Source: Thermoanaerobaculia bacterium (GTDB lineage Bacteria; Acidobacteriota; Thermoanaerobaculia; UBA5066). Taken from it: 64,000 nucleotides of DNA. Made by a program: the position numbers and the translations under genes. Position 1 is the stretch's first letter; each line of letters starts with the position of its first letter. Shown in pieces: positions 19,215 to 31,618 of this stretch. The notes beneath the pieces were generated by a model, which had not been told where the DNA came from, did no database searches, and saw only the letters and a list, made by a program, of their open reading frames with translations. The DNA is taken from contig CAVRAY010000001.1 of NCBI GenBank assembly GCA_963719225.1, positions 2,496,001-2,560,000 of the forward strand. Direction: 5' to 3'.

Positions 19215-19793
19215 ATGGCATTCCGCGTTCGCCGCCACCTGACGGCCGGGCTCCTCGTGCTCGTTCCTCTCGTCGTCACCGTGGTCGTCATCCGCTTCGT
19301 CTTCAACGTGATCGACGGATTCAGCCAGCCCGTCACCGAACGCCTCGTGGGCCGGACCGTTCCGGGACTGGGACTCATCCTCACGATCGCCGTCATCTGG
19401 CTGACAGGCCTCCTTTCCTCGAACCTCATCGGGAAGAAATTCCTTGAACTTTTCGGCCGCCTCTTGGAGAATCTCCCCCTCGTCAAGACGGTCTATACCG
19501 CTTCGAAGCAACTCGTCGAGGCTGTGTCGCCGGGCGGCCGGCGGGCCTTCCAGCGTGTCGTCCTCGTTGAATTTCCTCAGAAGGGAACTTTTGCGTTGGG
19601 ATTCGTGACAGGGAACGGGATCGGCTCACTGGACGCGAGCACGCTTTCGATCTACGTTCCGACGGCGCTCAACCCGACGAGCGGTTTCCTGATATTCGCG
19701 AAAGAAAGCGATATTCTCGACCCCCGCCTCACGGTTGAGGAGGGGATCAAGCTCGTCGTGTCGGGCGGGGTCGTGAGGCCGCTCGGGAACTAG
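19215..19793 (+). CDS. DUF502 membrane protein
   Basis: VVLVEFP, LGFVT, VPTALNPTSGF, VSGG. Confidence 0.85.
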   Translation: MAFRVRRHLTAGLLVLVPLVVTVVVIRFVFNVIDGFSQPVTERLVGRTVPGLGLILTIAVIWLTGLLSSNLIGKKFLELFGRLLENLPLVKTVYTASKQLVEAVSPGGRRAFQRVVLVEFPQKGTFALGFVTGNGIGSLDASTLSIYVPTALNPTSGFLIFAKESDILDPRLTVEEGIKLVVSGGVVRPLGN

Positions 19794-19868
19794 AAGCGCT
19801 TCGGGAGGGTCCAACGGAGCGGCCGGAGGACAGGCGGGCGGCGGGAGACCGAAAGGAGTGATCGGGCG

Positions 19869-20765
19869 ATGACGGGAAATCTCACCGGCAGGGGACGGAC
19901 GGTCCGGCGGATCGCCGCGACCGGCCTCGCCGTGCTGTCGCTCTCCGTCGCGGGTTGCGACAAGTTCAAGAGCAAGCAGCTCATCCGGGAGGGAAACGCC
20001 TATTTCAAGGAGCAGCTCTACGACGACGCCCTCAAGAAGTACGAAGCGGCCCAGGCTCTCGATCCGACCGAAGTCCGCCTCGACAAGTTCGTCGCGATGG
20101 GCTACATGGCGCTCTACAACCCCGGTTCCACGCACCCGAAGGACATCGAGGCGCTGAACCGGGCGATCGAGCACTTCAAGAAGTACCTGGCGGCAAAGCC
20201 CGACGACGACAAGGCCGCGCGGTTCCTCGTCACGACGTACATGAACGCCCAGAAGTACGACGAGGCGATCAAGTACTTCAAGGAGCTCGTCGACAAGCAC
20301 CCGCAGGACTCGCAGGCCGTCCAGACGATCGCGATGCTCTACGCGAAGCAGGGCGACTACGAGAACTCCATCCTCTGGCAGAAGAAGCGGGGGGAGCTCG
20401 AGCCGAACAACCCCGAGGTCTTCTACACGATGGGCGTCACGGCGTGGGACAAGTCCTACAACACCGTGGGCACGGACATCTCCCCCGACAATGGCCTCAC
20501 GCCCGAGAAGCGCAAGGAGATCCTGGATTTCGGCATGGCGCAGCTCGACCGGGCGCTCCAGCTCAATCCCGACTACTTCGAGGCCATGCTGTACAAGAAC
20601 CTGCTCAACCGGCAATACGTGCGCATCGAGTCGGACCCCGCCAAGGTCGCGGAACTGACCGCGAAGGCGAACGAGTGGCAGCAGAAGGCGCTCGAGATCA
20701 AGAAGAAGATCCAGGAAAAGCAGCGCGCCGAGCAGGCCAAGAAGAATCCGCTCGAGGCGATGTAG
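19869..20765 (+). CDS. TPR-repeat lipoprotein
   Basis: Lipobox VAGC and multiple TPR-like helical repeats. Confidence 0.8.
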   Translation: MTGNLTGRGRTVRRIAATGLAVLSLSVAGCDKFKSKQLIREGNAYFKEQLYDDALKKYEAAQALDPTEVRLDKFVAMGYMALYNPGSTHPKDIEALNRAIEHFKKYLAAKPDDDKAARFLVTTYMNAQKYDEAIKYFKELVDKHPQDSQAVQTIAMLYAKQGDYENSILWQKKRGELEPNNPEVFYTMGVTAWDKSYNTVGTDISPDNGLTPEKRKEILDFGMAQLDRALQLNPDYFEAMLYKNLLNRQYVRIESDPAKVAELTAKANEWQQKALEIKKKIQEKQRAEQAKKNPLEAM

Positions 20766-20783
20766 GGAGCCAGGAGACCACGC

Positions 20784-21514
20784 ATGTTCGAAGCCTCGCT
20801 CATCGAATCCGCGAAGCACAAGGGCAGCGCCCAGCGCTGGTACACGCTGCCCTTGTCGGTGATCATCCACGTGGTCGTGATCGGGACGGCGGTCGGGCTC
20901 TCGATGTGGTTCATCGAGGAGATTCCGGAGCCCCCGATCCCGGTTCAGTTCTACTCGCAGGCGGCCCCGCCGCCGCCCCCCCGCCGCCGCCGCCCAAGGC
21001 GGCCCCGGCGAAGCCGACCCAGAAAGTCGAACCCGTCAAGCCGACGCAGATGACCTCCCCGGTCGTCGTACCCGACACCTTGCCGGCGCCGACGAGCATT
21101 CCCGAGCCTGAAACGGGCGTGGAAGGCGGCGTGGAAGGCGGTGTCGAGGGCGGTGTCGCCGGCGGCGTCATGGGAGGCGTCCTCGGCGGCGTGAAGGGCG
21201 GAATGCTCGGCGGAACCGGTGAAGAGCCTCTCCGCGTCGGCGGCGAGGTCAAGGAGCCGATCGAGATCTCACGCGTGAAGCCGGCATACCCGGAGGCGGC
21301 GCGCAAGGCCCGCATGCAGGGCGTCTGCATCCTCGAGGCGATCATCACGAAATCGGGTGACGTCGAGTCCGTCCGCGTGCTCCGCGGCCTCAACCCGCTT
21401 CTCGACAACGCCGCCATCCGCGCGGTCCAGCAGTGGAAATACAAGCCGGCCACTTTCAACGGACGGCCGGTTCCGGTCTATCTGACGGTCACCGTCACCT
21501 TTACTCTCCAGTAA
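20784..21514 (+). CDS. tonB: Energy transducer TonB, frameshifted in a C7 tract at 20976-20982
   Basis: TM helix SVIIH in one frame; Pro-rich linker, GVEGG repeats and TonB_C (YPEAARKARMQG) in the next frame. Confidence 0.85.
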
Positions 21515-21575
21515 GGCGGCGCCGGCCACTCGAAATAGAATCGAAGAGTAAGAAACCTCAAGGAGGACATTTCAA

Positions 21576-22256
21576 ATGGATATGAGTCTGATGGGGCTGA
21601 TCAAGACGATGTCGTGGCCGGCGCTCTCGATCTTCGTCCTGCTCTGCCTGCTTTCGGTCTACTCGCTCGCCGTATCGGTCGAGCGGTGGATGACCTTCCA
21701 GAAGGCGAAGCAGCAGTCGGTCAAGTTCGCCCTCGAGGTCGGCCAGCTCCTGAAGCAGGACAAGCTCAGGGAGGCGATCGACCTCGCCAAGAAGTACAAG
21801 AACAGCCACGTCGCGAAATGCGTGTCCGCGGGGCTCCTGGAGTTCGCGTATGAGGCGCACGGCTCCTCAGCGCAGGGGCACGACACCGTGGCCGCCGCGG
21901 AGCGCGCGGTCGAGCGCGCGGCGATGATGACGACGGCCGAATTCAAGAAAGGCCTCGGCGGCCTCGCGACGATCGCGACGACGGCGCCGTTCATCGGCCT
22001 TCTCGGCACCGTCATCGGCATCATCAACGCCTTCCGCGGCATGGCGGCGTCCGGCGCCGGCGGCCTCGGGTCGGTGTCGGCCGGTATCGCGGAAGCTCTC
22101 GTCACGACGGCGCTCGGGCTCTTCGTCGCCATTCCGGCGGTGTGGCTCTACAACCTGTTCCTCAACAAGATCGAGCGCTTCCAGGTCGAGATGTCGAACT
22201 CGTCCTCCGAGCTCATCGATTACTTCATGAAGCGCCAGACGGCGAAGGCCGCTTGA
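21576..22256 (+). CDS. exbB: MotA/TolQ/ExbB proton channel
   Basis: APFIGLLGTV, GIAEALVTTALGL. Confidence 0.9.
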   Translation: MDMSLMGLIKTMSWPALSIFVLLCLLSVYSLAVSVERWMTFQKAKQQSVKFALEVGQLLKQDKLREAIDLAKKYKNSHVAKCVSAGLLEFAYEAHGSSAQGHDTVAAAERAVERAAMMTTAEFKKGLGGLATIATTAPFIGLLGTVIGIINAFRGMAASGAGGLGSVSAGIAEALVTTALGLFVAIPAVWLYNLFLNKIERFQVEMSNSSSELIDYFMKRQTAKAA

Positions 22257-22284
22257 TCGGGATCCGGTAGCGAGGAGTTCAGCC

Positions 22285-22704
22285 ATGGGCATGGAACAGT
22301 ACGGCGGCCGTCAGAGCATGAAGAGCGACATCAACGTGACGCCGCTCGTCGACGTGTGCCTCGTCCTCCTCATCATCTTCATGGTCGTGACGCCGATGCT
22401 CCAGAAGGGCAAGCCCGTGATGCTCCCTCAGACGGATCGGCCCGACAAGAAACCCGAGTCCGACAAGGAGCTCATCGTCTCCGTGCAGTCGGACAAGACC
22501 ATCTTCATCGACACGAAGTGGTTTCCACCGAAGGATTTCGAGGCGAAGATGAAGGAGCTCGGCGAGCGCTCGGCGAACAAGGACATCCTCGTCAAGGCCG
22601 ACCGCACGCTGAACTTCGGCGAGGTCAAGAACGTCATGAGAATGATCAAGGACGGCGGGTTCGAGCGCGTCGGTCTCATCACCGAGAAGAAACCGGACAA
22701 GTAA
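22285..22704 (+). CDS. exbD: ExbD/TolR biopolymer transporter
   Basis: INVTPLVDVCLVLLIIFMV. Confidence 0.9.
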   Translation: MGMEQYGGRQSMKSDINVTPLVDVCLVLLIIFMVVTPMLQKGKPVMLPQTDRPDKKPESDKELIVSVQSDKTIFIDTKWFPPKDFEAKMKELGERSANKDILVKADRTLNFGEVKNVMRMIKDGGFERVGLITEKKPDK

Positions 22705-22716
22705 GGAGTCAAGCCC

Positions 22717-23166
22717 ATGAGCATGGACATCGGGGGCGGCGACGGACCCAGGTCGGAGATCAACGTCACTCCGCTCGTGGACGTCGTCCTCGTCCTTCTC
22801 ATCATTTTCATGGTCGTCCAGCCGCTGCTCCAGCGCGGTTACGACGTGCAGGTCCCTCCGAACGCGCCCGCAACGCCGCCGAACACCCCGCCGCCGACGG
22901 ACCAGATCATCGTGTCGCTCACGGCGAACAAGGAGTACTACCTGAACAAGGAGAAGGTCGACCCGGCGAACATCGCCATTCGCCTTCAGGAAGTCCTGCG
23001 GAACCGCAGTTCGAAGATCGTCTTCTTCTCCGCCGAGGATTCGGTCAAGTACGACGACGCGATGAAGCTCATGGACATCGTGAGAAACAGCGGGAGCGGC
23101 GACAAGAAGGTGAACATCGGCATCGTCATGGACTGGGTCAACCCGGCGGCCTCGTCGACACCGTGA
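22717..23166 (+). CDS. exbD: ExbD/TolR biopolymer transporter (second paralogue)
   Basis: INVTPLVDVVLVLLIIFMV. Confidence 0.9.
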   Translation: MSMDIGGGDGPRSEINVTPLVDVVLVLLIIFMVVQPLLQRGYDVQVPPNAPATPPNTPPPTDQIIVSLTANKEYYLNKEKVDPANIAIRLQEVLRNRSSKIVFFSAEDSVKYDDAMKLMDIVRNSGSGDKKVNIGIVMDWVNPAASSTP

Positions 23167-23260
23167 CCGCCGCGCCACGCAGACGACGTTTTCCGCCCAC
23201 GTCCCCGGCCACCACCGGGGACGTCGTGCGTTTGTCGATGAAGAGAAAGGATCTCAACTG

Positions 23261-25696
<2,436 letters not shown>

Positions 25697-25706
25697 GGAG
25701 GACCCC

Positions 25707-27116
25707 ATGGGCACGATGACGAAGTCGGGCTCGACGCAGCCGGCGTTCCCGAAGACGCTTCCGAGGAGGCTCGGCCTCTTCGACGCGACGACGATCGTCG
25801 CGGGCTCGATGATCGGCTCGGGCATCTTCATCACCTCGGCGGACATCGCGCGGCAGGTCAAGAGCGCGAGCCTTCTCCTCCTCGTCTGGGTCTTCACGGC
25901 GCTCGTCACGGTGGCGGGCGCCTGGAGCTACGGGAAGCTCGCCATGGCGTTCCCCAAGGCCGGAGGCCAGTACGTCTACCTGCGCGAGGCGTGGGGCGAC
26001 ATGGGCGGCTTCCTCTACGGCTGGGCGGCCCTGCTCGTCATCCAGACGGGAACGATCGCGGCGGTGGCCGTCGCCTTCGCGAAATATCTCGGCGTGCTCA
26101 TCCCCGCTATCTCGAGCAAACACGTCTTCTTCAAGGCGGCCTACCTGAGCATCACGCCGCTGGAGATCATCGCGATTTTCCTCGTCGCGCTCCTGACCTG
26201 GTGGAACACGACGAGCGTCCAGAACGGTGCGCGGCTCCAGAACGTCTTCACGGCAGCCAAGGTTCTGTCCCTCGTCGGCCTCCTGTCGGTGTGCTTCATC
26301 GCCGGCAGCAACCTCGCGGGCGTCTCCTGGGCGCTTCCGGCCGCGGGGGATCTCAAGATTCCCCTCATCTGGGCCTTCGCCGTCGCCACGGTCGGCTCTC
26401 TCTTCTCGGCCGATGCGTGGAACAACGTCACGTTCCTCGGCGAGGAGGTACGCGACGCCGAAACGAACGTCCCGAAGGCTCTCGTCTACGGAACCGGGCT
26501 CGTGACGCTCCTTTACGTTCTCGCGAACGTGGGATACCTGAGCGCCCTCCCTCTCTCCGGCATCGCGTCGGCTCCCGAAGACCGCGTCGCCACGGCGGCC
26601 ATCGGCGCCGTCTCCGGCACCGCGGAGGTCGGTACGCCGTCTCTCATCATGGCGTGCGTGATCCTCGTCTCGACGTTCGGTTGCCTCAACGGCCTCATCC
26701 TGTCGGGCGCGCGCGTTCTCTACGCCATGTCTCGCGACGGCCTCTTCCTGCCGGCCTTCGGCGAAGTGGCGCCGAAGACGATGATTCCGGTCAATGCGCT
26801 CGTGGCGCAGTTCCTTTGGTCTGCGCTCCTGTGCCTCTCCGGGAAGTACGGCGACCTCCTGGACTACGTGATTCCGACGGTCCTGATGTTCTACATCGCG
26901 ACGATCGTCGGACGATGGAAGCTCGCCCGGACGAACCCCGCCCTCGCGCCGCGCTCTCTCGGGGACCGCGTCATTCCGGTCCTCTACGTCATCGCGACGG
27001 TTTACGTAACGATTGCCCTCGTGATCTTCAAGCCCACGTTCACCGTGCGGGGTCTCGTCCTCGTGGCGCTCGGCGTCCCGGCGTTCTTCCTGTTCCGGAG
27101 GAAGCGGCCGGTCTGA
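25707..27116 (+). CDS. APC-family amino acid permease
   Basis: GSMIGSGIF, AGGQYVYLREA; ~12 TMs. Confidence 0.9.
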   Translation: MGTMTKSGSTQPAFPKTLPRRLGLFDATTIVAGSMIGSGIFITSADIARQVKSASLLLLVWVFTALVTVAGAWSYGKLAMAFPKAGGQYVYLREAWGDMGGFLYGWAALLVIQTGTIAAVAVAFAKYLGVLIPAISSKHVFFKAAYLSITPLEIIAIFLVALLTWWNTTSVQNGARLQNVFTAAKVLSLVGLLSVCFIAGSNLAGVSWALPAAGDLKIPLIWAFAVATVGSLFSADAWNNVTFLGEEVRDAETNVPKALVYGTGLVTLLYVLANVGYLSALPLSGIASAPEDRVATAAIGAVSGTAEVGTPSLIMACVILVSTFGCLNGLILSGARVLYAMSRDGLFLPAFGEVAPKTMIPVNALVAQFLWSALLCLSGKYGDLLDYVIPTVLMFYIATIVGRWKLARTNPALAPRSLGDRVIPVLYVIATVYVTIALVIFKPTFTVRGLVLVALGVPAFFLFRRKRPV

Positions 27117-28355
27117 CTAGACGAGGAGCGCGAACACCTCGTTCGAAAGCAGCACGCCCTTGCGCGTGAGGCGGACACAGCCGGGATGTTTTTCGAGTAA
27201 TCCGGCGAAGATCGCGTCCTCCATCCGCTGCGCAGCCGCGTCGGGCAGCGTTCTGCAAATCTCTTCGAAGGTGGAAGAGGGGACGCCACCAGACAGTCGC
27301 AGGCCCAGCATCAAGCCTTCTTTCCTTCTAAGAACATCCCCGTCGTTCTCTTCGGACGTCGCGACGGGCGAGACGCCCGCCCGGGTTCGCTTCAGGTATT
27401 CCGCGAGCATTCCCGTGTTCGCGAACCGAGTAATTCCATCGAAGGAATGGGCACCGACACCGAAGCCCAGGACGGGCACGAGCGTCCAGTACTTCAGGTT
27501 GTGGCGGCTTTCGAAGCCGGGCTTCGCCCAGTTGGAGAGCTCGTAGCGCGGCAGGCCTGCCGCCGTCAGGCGCTCGTCCACGGCTTCCCACCGGTCTGCC
27601 ATCTCGTCGTCACTGGCAAAGAGCTCCGGGTGCTCTTTCTTCAGGGTCACGAGCCTCGGCGCCTTTTCGATCTCGAGGAGATAGACAGAGAGGTGGGTCA
27701 CCTCCGCTTCGATAAGCCCGTCGACGCTCGCGAGAAGCGTCTCCCGCGTCTGTCCCGGAATCCCGATCATCAGGTCCGCCGAGACGTTTCCGAAAATGTG
27801 TGCTGCGTCTGCCACCGCGCGACGCGCGGCCACGGCGTCGTGCCGCCTCTCGAGAGGCAGCAGCTCGGAATCCACGAGCGACTGGACGCCGATGGAAAGG
27901 CGGTTGATGCCCAGAGAGAGAAGATCAGACAGCTTTTCGGAGTCGAGGTCGTCGGGGTTGGCCTCCGCGGTGATTTCGACGTTCGAAGAGAGACCGAAGA
28001 TTTCTTCGAGTGTCCCGAGCAGTCGGCCGAGCTGAGCCGCTTCGACGTACGAAGGAGTGCCCCCTCCGAAGTAGACGGAATCGAACCCGAGGAGCCCGCC
28101 CGAAGCCGCAGGGGTCCTCGAGAGAACCGCCCCCTCCGACCCTTCTAAGAAATCTCTCTCTTCGGGCCTTCCTCCTCTTGTCTCGCCCGCCCTCGAGCGA
28201 ATCTCCCTCTCTACCCCTTCAAAGAAATCTCTCTCTTGTTCTCTTCCCTCGAGCGCCACGAAGGAGCAGTACGTGCAGCGGTGCTCGCAGAAGGGCACGT
28301 GGACGTACGCGCCGGGAGCGGACGTGGCGCCGCGCGGGAGGCCGCCTTCGCTCAC
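27117..28355 (-). CDS. hemW: Radical SAM heme chaperone HemW
   Basis: YVHVPFCEHRCTYC, YFGGGTPS, YELSNW...SRHNLKYW; contains an apparent ~25-aa insertion. Confidence 0.9.
   Translation of the reverse strand: MSEGGLPRGATSAPGAYVHVPFCEHRCTYCSFVALEGREQERDFFEGVEREIRSRAGETRGGRPEERDFLEGSEGAVLSRTPAASGGLLGFDSVYFGGGTPSYVEAAQLGRLLGTLEEIFGLSSNVEITAEANPDDLDSEKLSDLLSLGINRLSIGVQSLVDSELLPLERRHDAVAARRAVADAAHIFGNVSADLMIGIPGQTRETLLASVDGLIEAEVTHLSVYLLEIEKAPRLVTLKKEHPELFASDDEMADRWEAVDERLTAAGLPRYELSNWAKPGFESRHNLKYWTLVPVLGFGVGAHSFDGITRFANTGMLAEYLKRTRAGVSPVATSEENDGDVLRRKEGLMLGLRLSGGVPSSTFEEICRTLPDAAAQRMEDAIFAGLLEKHPGCVRLTRKGVLLSNEVFALLV
27324..28226. repeat. CCTTCTAAGAA motif cluster 1 (in hemW)
   Basis: Exact copies at 27324-27334 and 28141-28151; variant CCTTCAAAGAAATCTC at 28216. 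Confidence 0.7.
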
Positions 28356-29026
28356 GCGCCTTCGGTCAGGAGGCCGCGCAGGCGCTCGTCCCGCGCGCCC
28401 CGAGCTTCGACGGCCTCGCGCGTTTCGCCGAGCCGCGCCGCCAGGAGGCGCTCGACGTACTTTCCGAGGACGTCGACCTCGAGGTTCACGCGGTCGCCGG
28501 GCTTCTTCGTGCCGAGCGTGGTGGCGGAAAAAGTGTGCGGGATGACGGCGATGTCGAAGGAGCTTTCTCCGAGAGCGGCGACGGTGAGCGAGACCCCATC
28601 GACCGCGATCGAGCCCTTCTCGACCGCGTAGCGCGCGAGGGAGGGCGGGAGCGAGAACCGGAAGGTCCATGAGTCTCCCGACCTCTCGATCGCGAGCACG
28701 TCGGCCGTCCCGTCCACGTGCCCGGCGACGATGTGGCCGCCCAGGCGGTCGCCCGCCGCCAGGGCGCGCTCCAGGTTCACGCCCGCGCCCGGGGCCAGAT
28801 CTCCGAGAGCCGAGCGCTGCAGCGTCTCGGGCGAGACGTCGAAGGAGAGAGCCTGGGACCGCGCCGCCGGAGCGACGACCGTCAGGCAGACGCCGGAGAC
28901 CGCGATGCTCTCCCCGACGGCCACGTCGGCGAATGCCGGCGGACGCTCGACCTCGAGCAGACCCCCTGCCGTGCCTGCGCGAAGCGACACGACGCGGGCG
29001 ACGGCGGACACGAGACCGGTGAACAT
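28352..29026 (-). CDS. ribE: Riboflavin synthase (alpha chain)
   Basis: MFTGLV N-terminus, GVCLTV, GGHIVAGHVD. Confidence 0.95.
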   Translation of the reverse strand: MFTGLVSAVARVVSLRAGTAGGLLEVERPPAFADVAVGESIAVSGVCLTVVAPAARSQALSFDVSPETLQRSALGDLAPGAGVNLERALAAGDRLGGHIVAGHVDGTADVLAIERSGDSWTFRFSLPPSLARYAVEKGSIAVDGVSLTVAALGESSFDIAVIPHTFSATTLGTKKPGDRVNLEVDVLGKYVERLLAARLGETREAVEARGARDERLRGLLTEGA

Positions 29027-29035
29027 CCCGCGATC

Positions 29036-30160
29036 CTACCCGACGGCGTAGCCCGGGAGGATTCGCGCCGACAGGCGGACGTCGGCTCCGATTCGCACGG
29101 CGTCGAGATCGGCGAGGCGGCAGGCGTTTCCAAGAGAGCTCGCCCCCTCGCCCTCCAGCGGCGAGCGGGCCCCGGAGCCGCCCACGAGGAGCGGCGCGAC
29201 GTAGGACGTCACGCGGTCGACGAGACCCGCCTTCAGGAACGACGCGGCCGTCACCCCCCCGCCTTCGACGAGCAACGAGCGCACTTCGAGGGCATGGAGC
29301 GCTCCGAGGAGAGCCCGAAGGTCCACGCCGTCTGCCGCAGGCTTCGAGAAGACCTGCACGCCCCGCTCCAGGAACGGCGCGAGGCGCGGATCGCCGGCCG
29401 GCACCGCGGTGACGAGCCAGACTTCGCCCCCCGCCGCGGAGAACACCCGCGCGGTGGCCGGCACGCGGAGCGCTCCGTCGAGCACGAGCCTTCGATGTGG
29501 CGTGATCGCCGAAGACAGAGCGAGCCGGCGGGTCAGGAGAGGATCGTCCGCGAGGATCGTCTGCGCGCCCACGAGAATCGCGTCGCTCTCTTCGCGCAGG
29601 CGCAAGGCGTCCTCGCGGGCAGCCTCGCCGGTAATCCACTTCGAATCGCCGCTCCGCGTCGCGGTCCGTCCGTCCAGAGACGCCGCCCATTTCAGGTGAA
29701 CGAAGGAACGGCGGGCGCGGATGGCCTTGAGGAACGACTCGTTCAGCGTCTCGGCTTCCTCCGCGAACACTCCGACGAGCACGTCCACGCCGCGCTCCTT
29801 GAGACGGCGGATTCCGCGCCCGGCGGTCCGCGGATCGGGGTCCTCGATCGAGCAGACGACGCGCGAGACGCCCGCCGCGAGCAACGCCTCGGTGCAGGGG
29901 GCCGTACGGCCGAAATGAGAGCAGGGCTCGAGGTTCACGAGCAGCGTCGCGCCCTTCGCGCGGGCGCCGGCGGCCGCGAGCGCGATGGCCTCGGCATGCG
30001 GGCCGCCGGCGCGCTCGTGAGCGCCCTCTCCGACCACTCTCCCTTGCGCGTCGACGAGGACGGCTCCGACGCGCGGATTCGGAGACGTCGAAAAGCGCCC
30101 GCGCTCGGCGAGCTCGAAGACGCGCTTCCAGAGGACGTCGAGAGGCGCGGGGTCAACCAT
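29036..30160 (-). CDS. ribD: Riboflavin deaminase/reductase RibD
   Basis: PNPRVG, HAE, LEPCSH..PC, ASLDG, VEGG. Confidence 0.95.
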   Translation of the reverse strand: MVDPAPLDVLWKRVFELAERGRFSTSPNPRVGAVLVDAQGRVVGEGAHERAGGPHAEAIALAAAGARAKGATLLVNLEPCSHFGRTAPCTEALLAAGVSRVVCSIEDPDPRTAGRGIRRLKERGVDVLVGVFAEEAETLNESFLKAIRARRSFVHLKWAASLDGRTATRSGDSKWITGEAAREDALRLREESDAILVGAQTILADDPLLTRRLALSSAITPHRRLVLDGALRVPATARVFSAAGGEVWLVTAVPAGDPRLAPFLERGVQVFSKPAADGVDLRALLGALHALEVRSLLVEGGGVTAASFLKAGLVDRVTSYVAPLLVGGSGARSPLEGEGASSLGNACRLADLDAVRIGADVRLSARILPGYAVG

Positions 30161-31085
30161 CCACGAGCGCCTCGGCGAACGCCGCCGGATCGAAGTCGAG
30201 AAGGTCGTCGGTCGTCTCGCCCACGCCCACGTAACGGACCGGCAGGGCGAGCTCGCGCACGATCGCCAGGATCACCCCGCCCTTGGCCGTCCCGTCCATC
30301 TTCGTGAGCACGAGGCCCGTGACGCCCGCGGACTTCGTGAACTCGCGGGCCTGGGCGATGCCGTTCATTCCCGTCACCGCATCGAGGACGAGAAGGACTT
30401 CGTGGGGAGCTCCCGGGATGCTCCGCGCGGCGATGCGGCGGATCTTCCCGAGCTCCTCCATGAGGTTGTGCTTCGTATGGAGGCGACCGGCGGTGTCCAC
30501 GAGAAGCAGATCGGCTTTGCGCGAGAGCGCGATCGCGCACGCGTCGTGGACGACGGCGGCCGGATCGGCACCCGCCTTGTGCTTCACGAGGGGAACGTTC
30601 AGCCGGGAAGCCCAAACCTCGAGCTGCTCCGCCGCCGCGGCGCGGAACGTGTCCGCCGCGGCGAGGACGACTGACTTTTCCGCAGCCACGGCACGGGCCG
30701 CGAGCTTGGCCGCCGTCGTGGTCTTGCCCGTCCCGTTCACGCCGACGAGGAGGACCACGTGGGGAGAACCGGGCGCGAGGGCGGGGCCCGTGACGGTGAG
30801 CCTGCGTGCGACCTCGGCCTTGAGAACGCGGCTGACGACGTCTTTTTCGGAGGCGTCGCGCCGTCCGGCCTCGGACCTCACGGCCGCGACGAGCTCCTCC
30901 GCGGTCTGAGGACCCACGTCGGCCGCGAGGAGGCCCTCCTCGAGCGCTTCGAGCGCCGCGGGATCCGGCTCGAACGTGGAGCGGATCGCGCCACCCACCT
31001 TCGCGATCAGCTCCGTGTGGGTCATGAACAGCCCGCGTTTCAGGCGGGCGAACACGGAGGACGAATCGCGATCGCCGTTCGGCAT
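30153..31085 (-). CDS. ftsY: SRP receptor FtsY
   Basis: GVNGTGKTTT, DTFRAAA, DTAGRL, TKMDGTAKGG. Confidence 0.96.
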   Translation of the reverse strand: MPNGDRDSSSVFARLKRGLFMTHTELIAKVGGAIRSTFEPDPAALEALEEGLLAADVGPQTAEELVAAVRSEAGRRDASEKDVVSRVLKAEVARRLTVTGPALAPGSPHVVLLVGVNGTGKTTTAAKLAARAVAAEKSVVLAAADTFRAAAAEQLEVWASRLNVPLVKHKAGADPAAVVHDACAIALSRKADLLLVDTAGRLHTKHNLMEELGKIRRIAARSIPGAPHEVLLVLDAVTGMNGIAQAREFTKSAGVTGLVLTKMDGTAKGGVILAIVRELALPVRYVGVGETTDDLLDFDPAAFAEALVDG

Positions 31086-31132
31086 CGACTTCGAGACTAG
31101 TCAATATGGAACGACCGGTCCAGTTCGCGAAG

Positions 31133-31543
31133 TCAGTCCGCGAACAGCAGCTTGCAGCCGCCGAGCGCTGCGCCGCCCGCGATGACGACGGCGGCCAGGA
31201 CGAGAGCCGCGCGGCCCAGCGGCGAGGACCGCGCCCAGAGGCGCCGCCCCGCCGCGACGGCGTTTCGGAGCTTCGGCTCGAGCCAGTCGAGGACGCGCGC
31301 GACGATCAGAAACTCACGCGCCAGGAGTCCCAACCCCAGTGCGACCACCAGCATGCCGGGACCCGGAGCCGGCAGCAGGATGATCCCGGCGACGACGATC
31401 GCGAAGGCGATGACGATGGAGACGACCTTTCGCAAGGGGCTGCGACCCTCCTGCTGGCTGCGGTAGGTGCGCTCGAAGCGGTCGCCCGGCTTCGCGTTCT
31501 CGAGAAGCCTCCATCTCCTGCGGGCCTGTTTGAACATTTTCAT
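31133..31543 (-). CDS. PGPGW-family small membrane protein
   Basis: LLPAPGPG...GLGLLAREF. Confidence 0.7.
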   Translation of the reverse strand: MKMFKQARRRWRLLENAKPGDRFERTYRSQQEGRSPLRKVVSIVIAFAIVVAGIILLPAPGPGMLVVALGLGLLAREFLIVARVLDWLEPKLRNAVAAGRRLWARSSPLGRAALVLAAVVIAGGAALGGCKLLFAD

Positions 31544-31618
31544 CGCGTCGAGTGTCTCTCCGTCCAGACGAAATCCATCGTCCCGGGCCTTGCACGTCTC
31601 GTTCCACCCCTGGAAGAG

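Noticed and set aside
30161-30260. FMN riboswitch upstream of ribD
   Set aside because: ribD overlaps the ftsY 3' end; there is no leader or RFN consensus.
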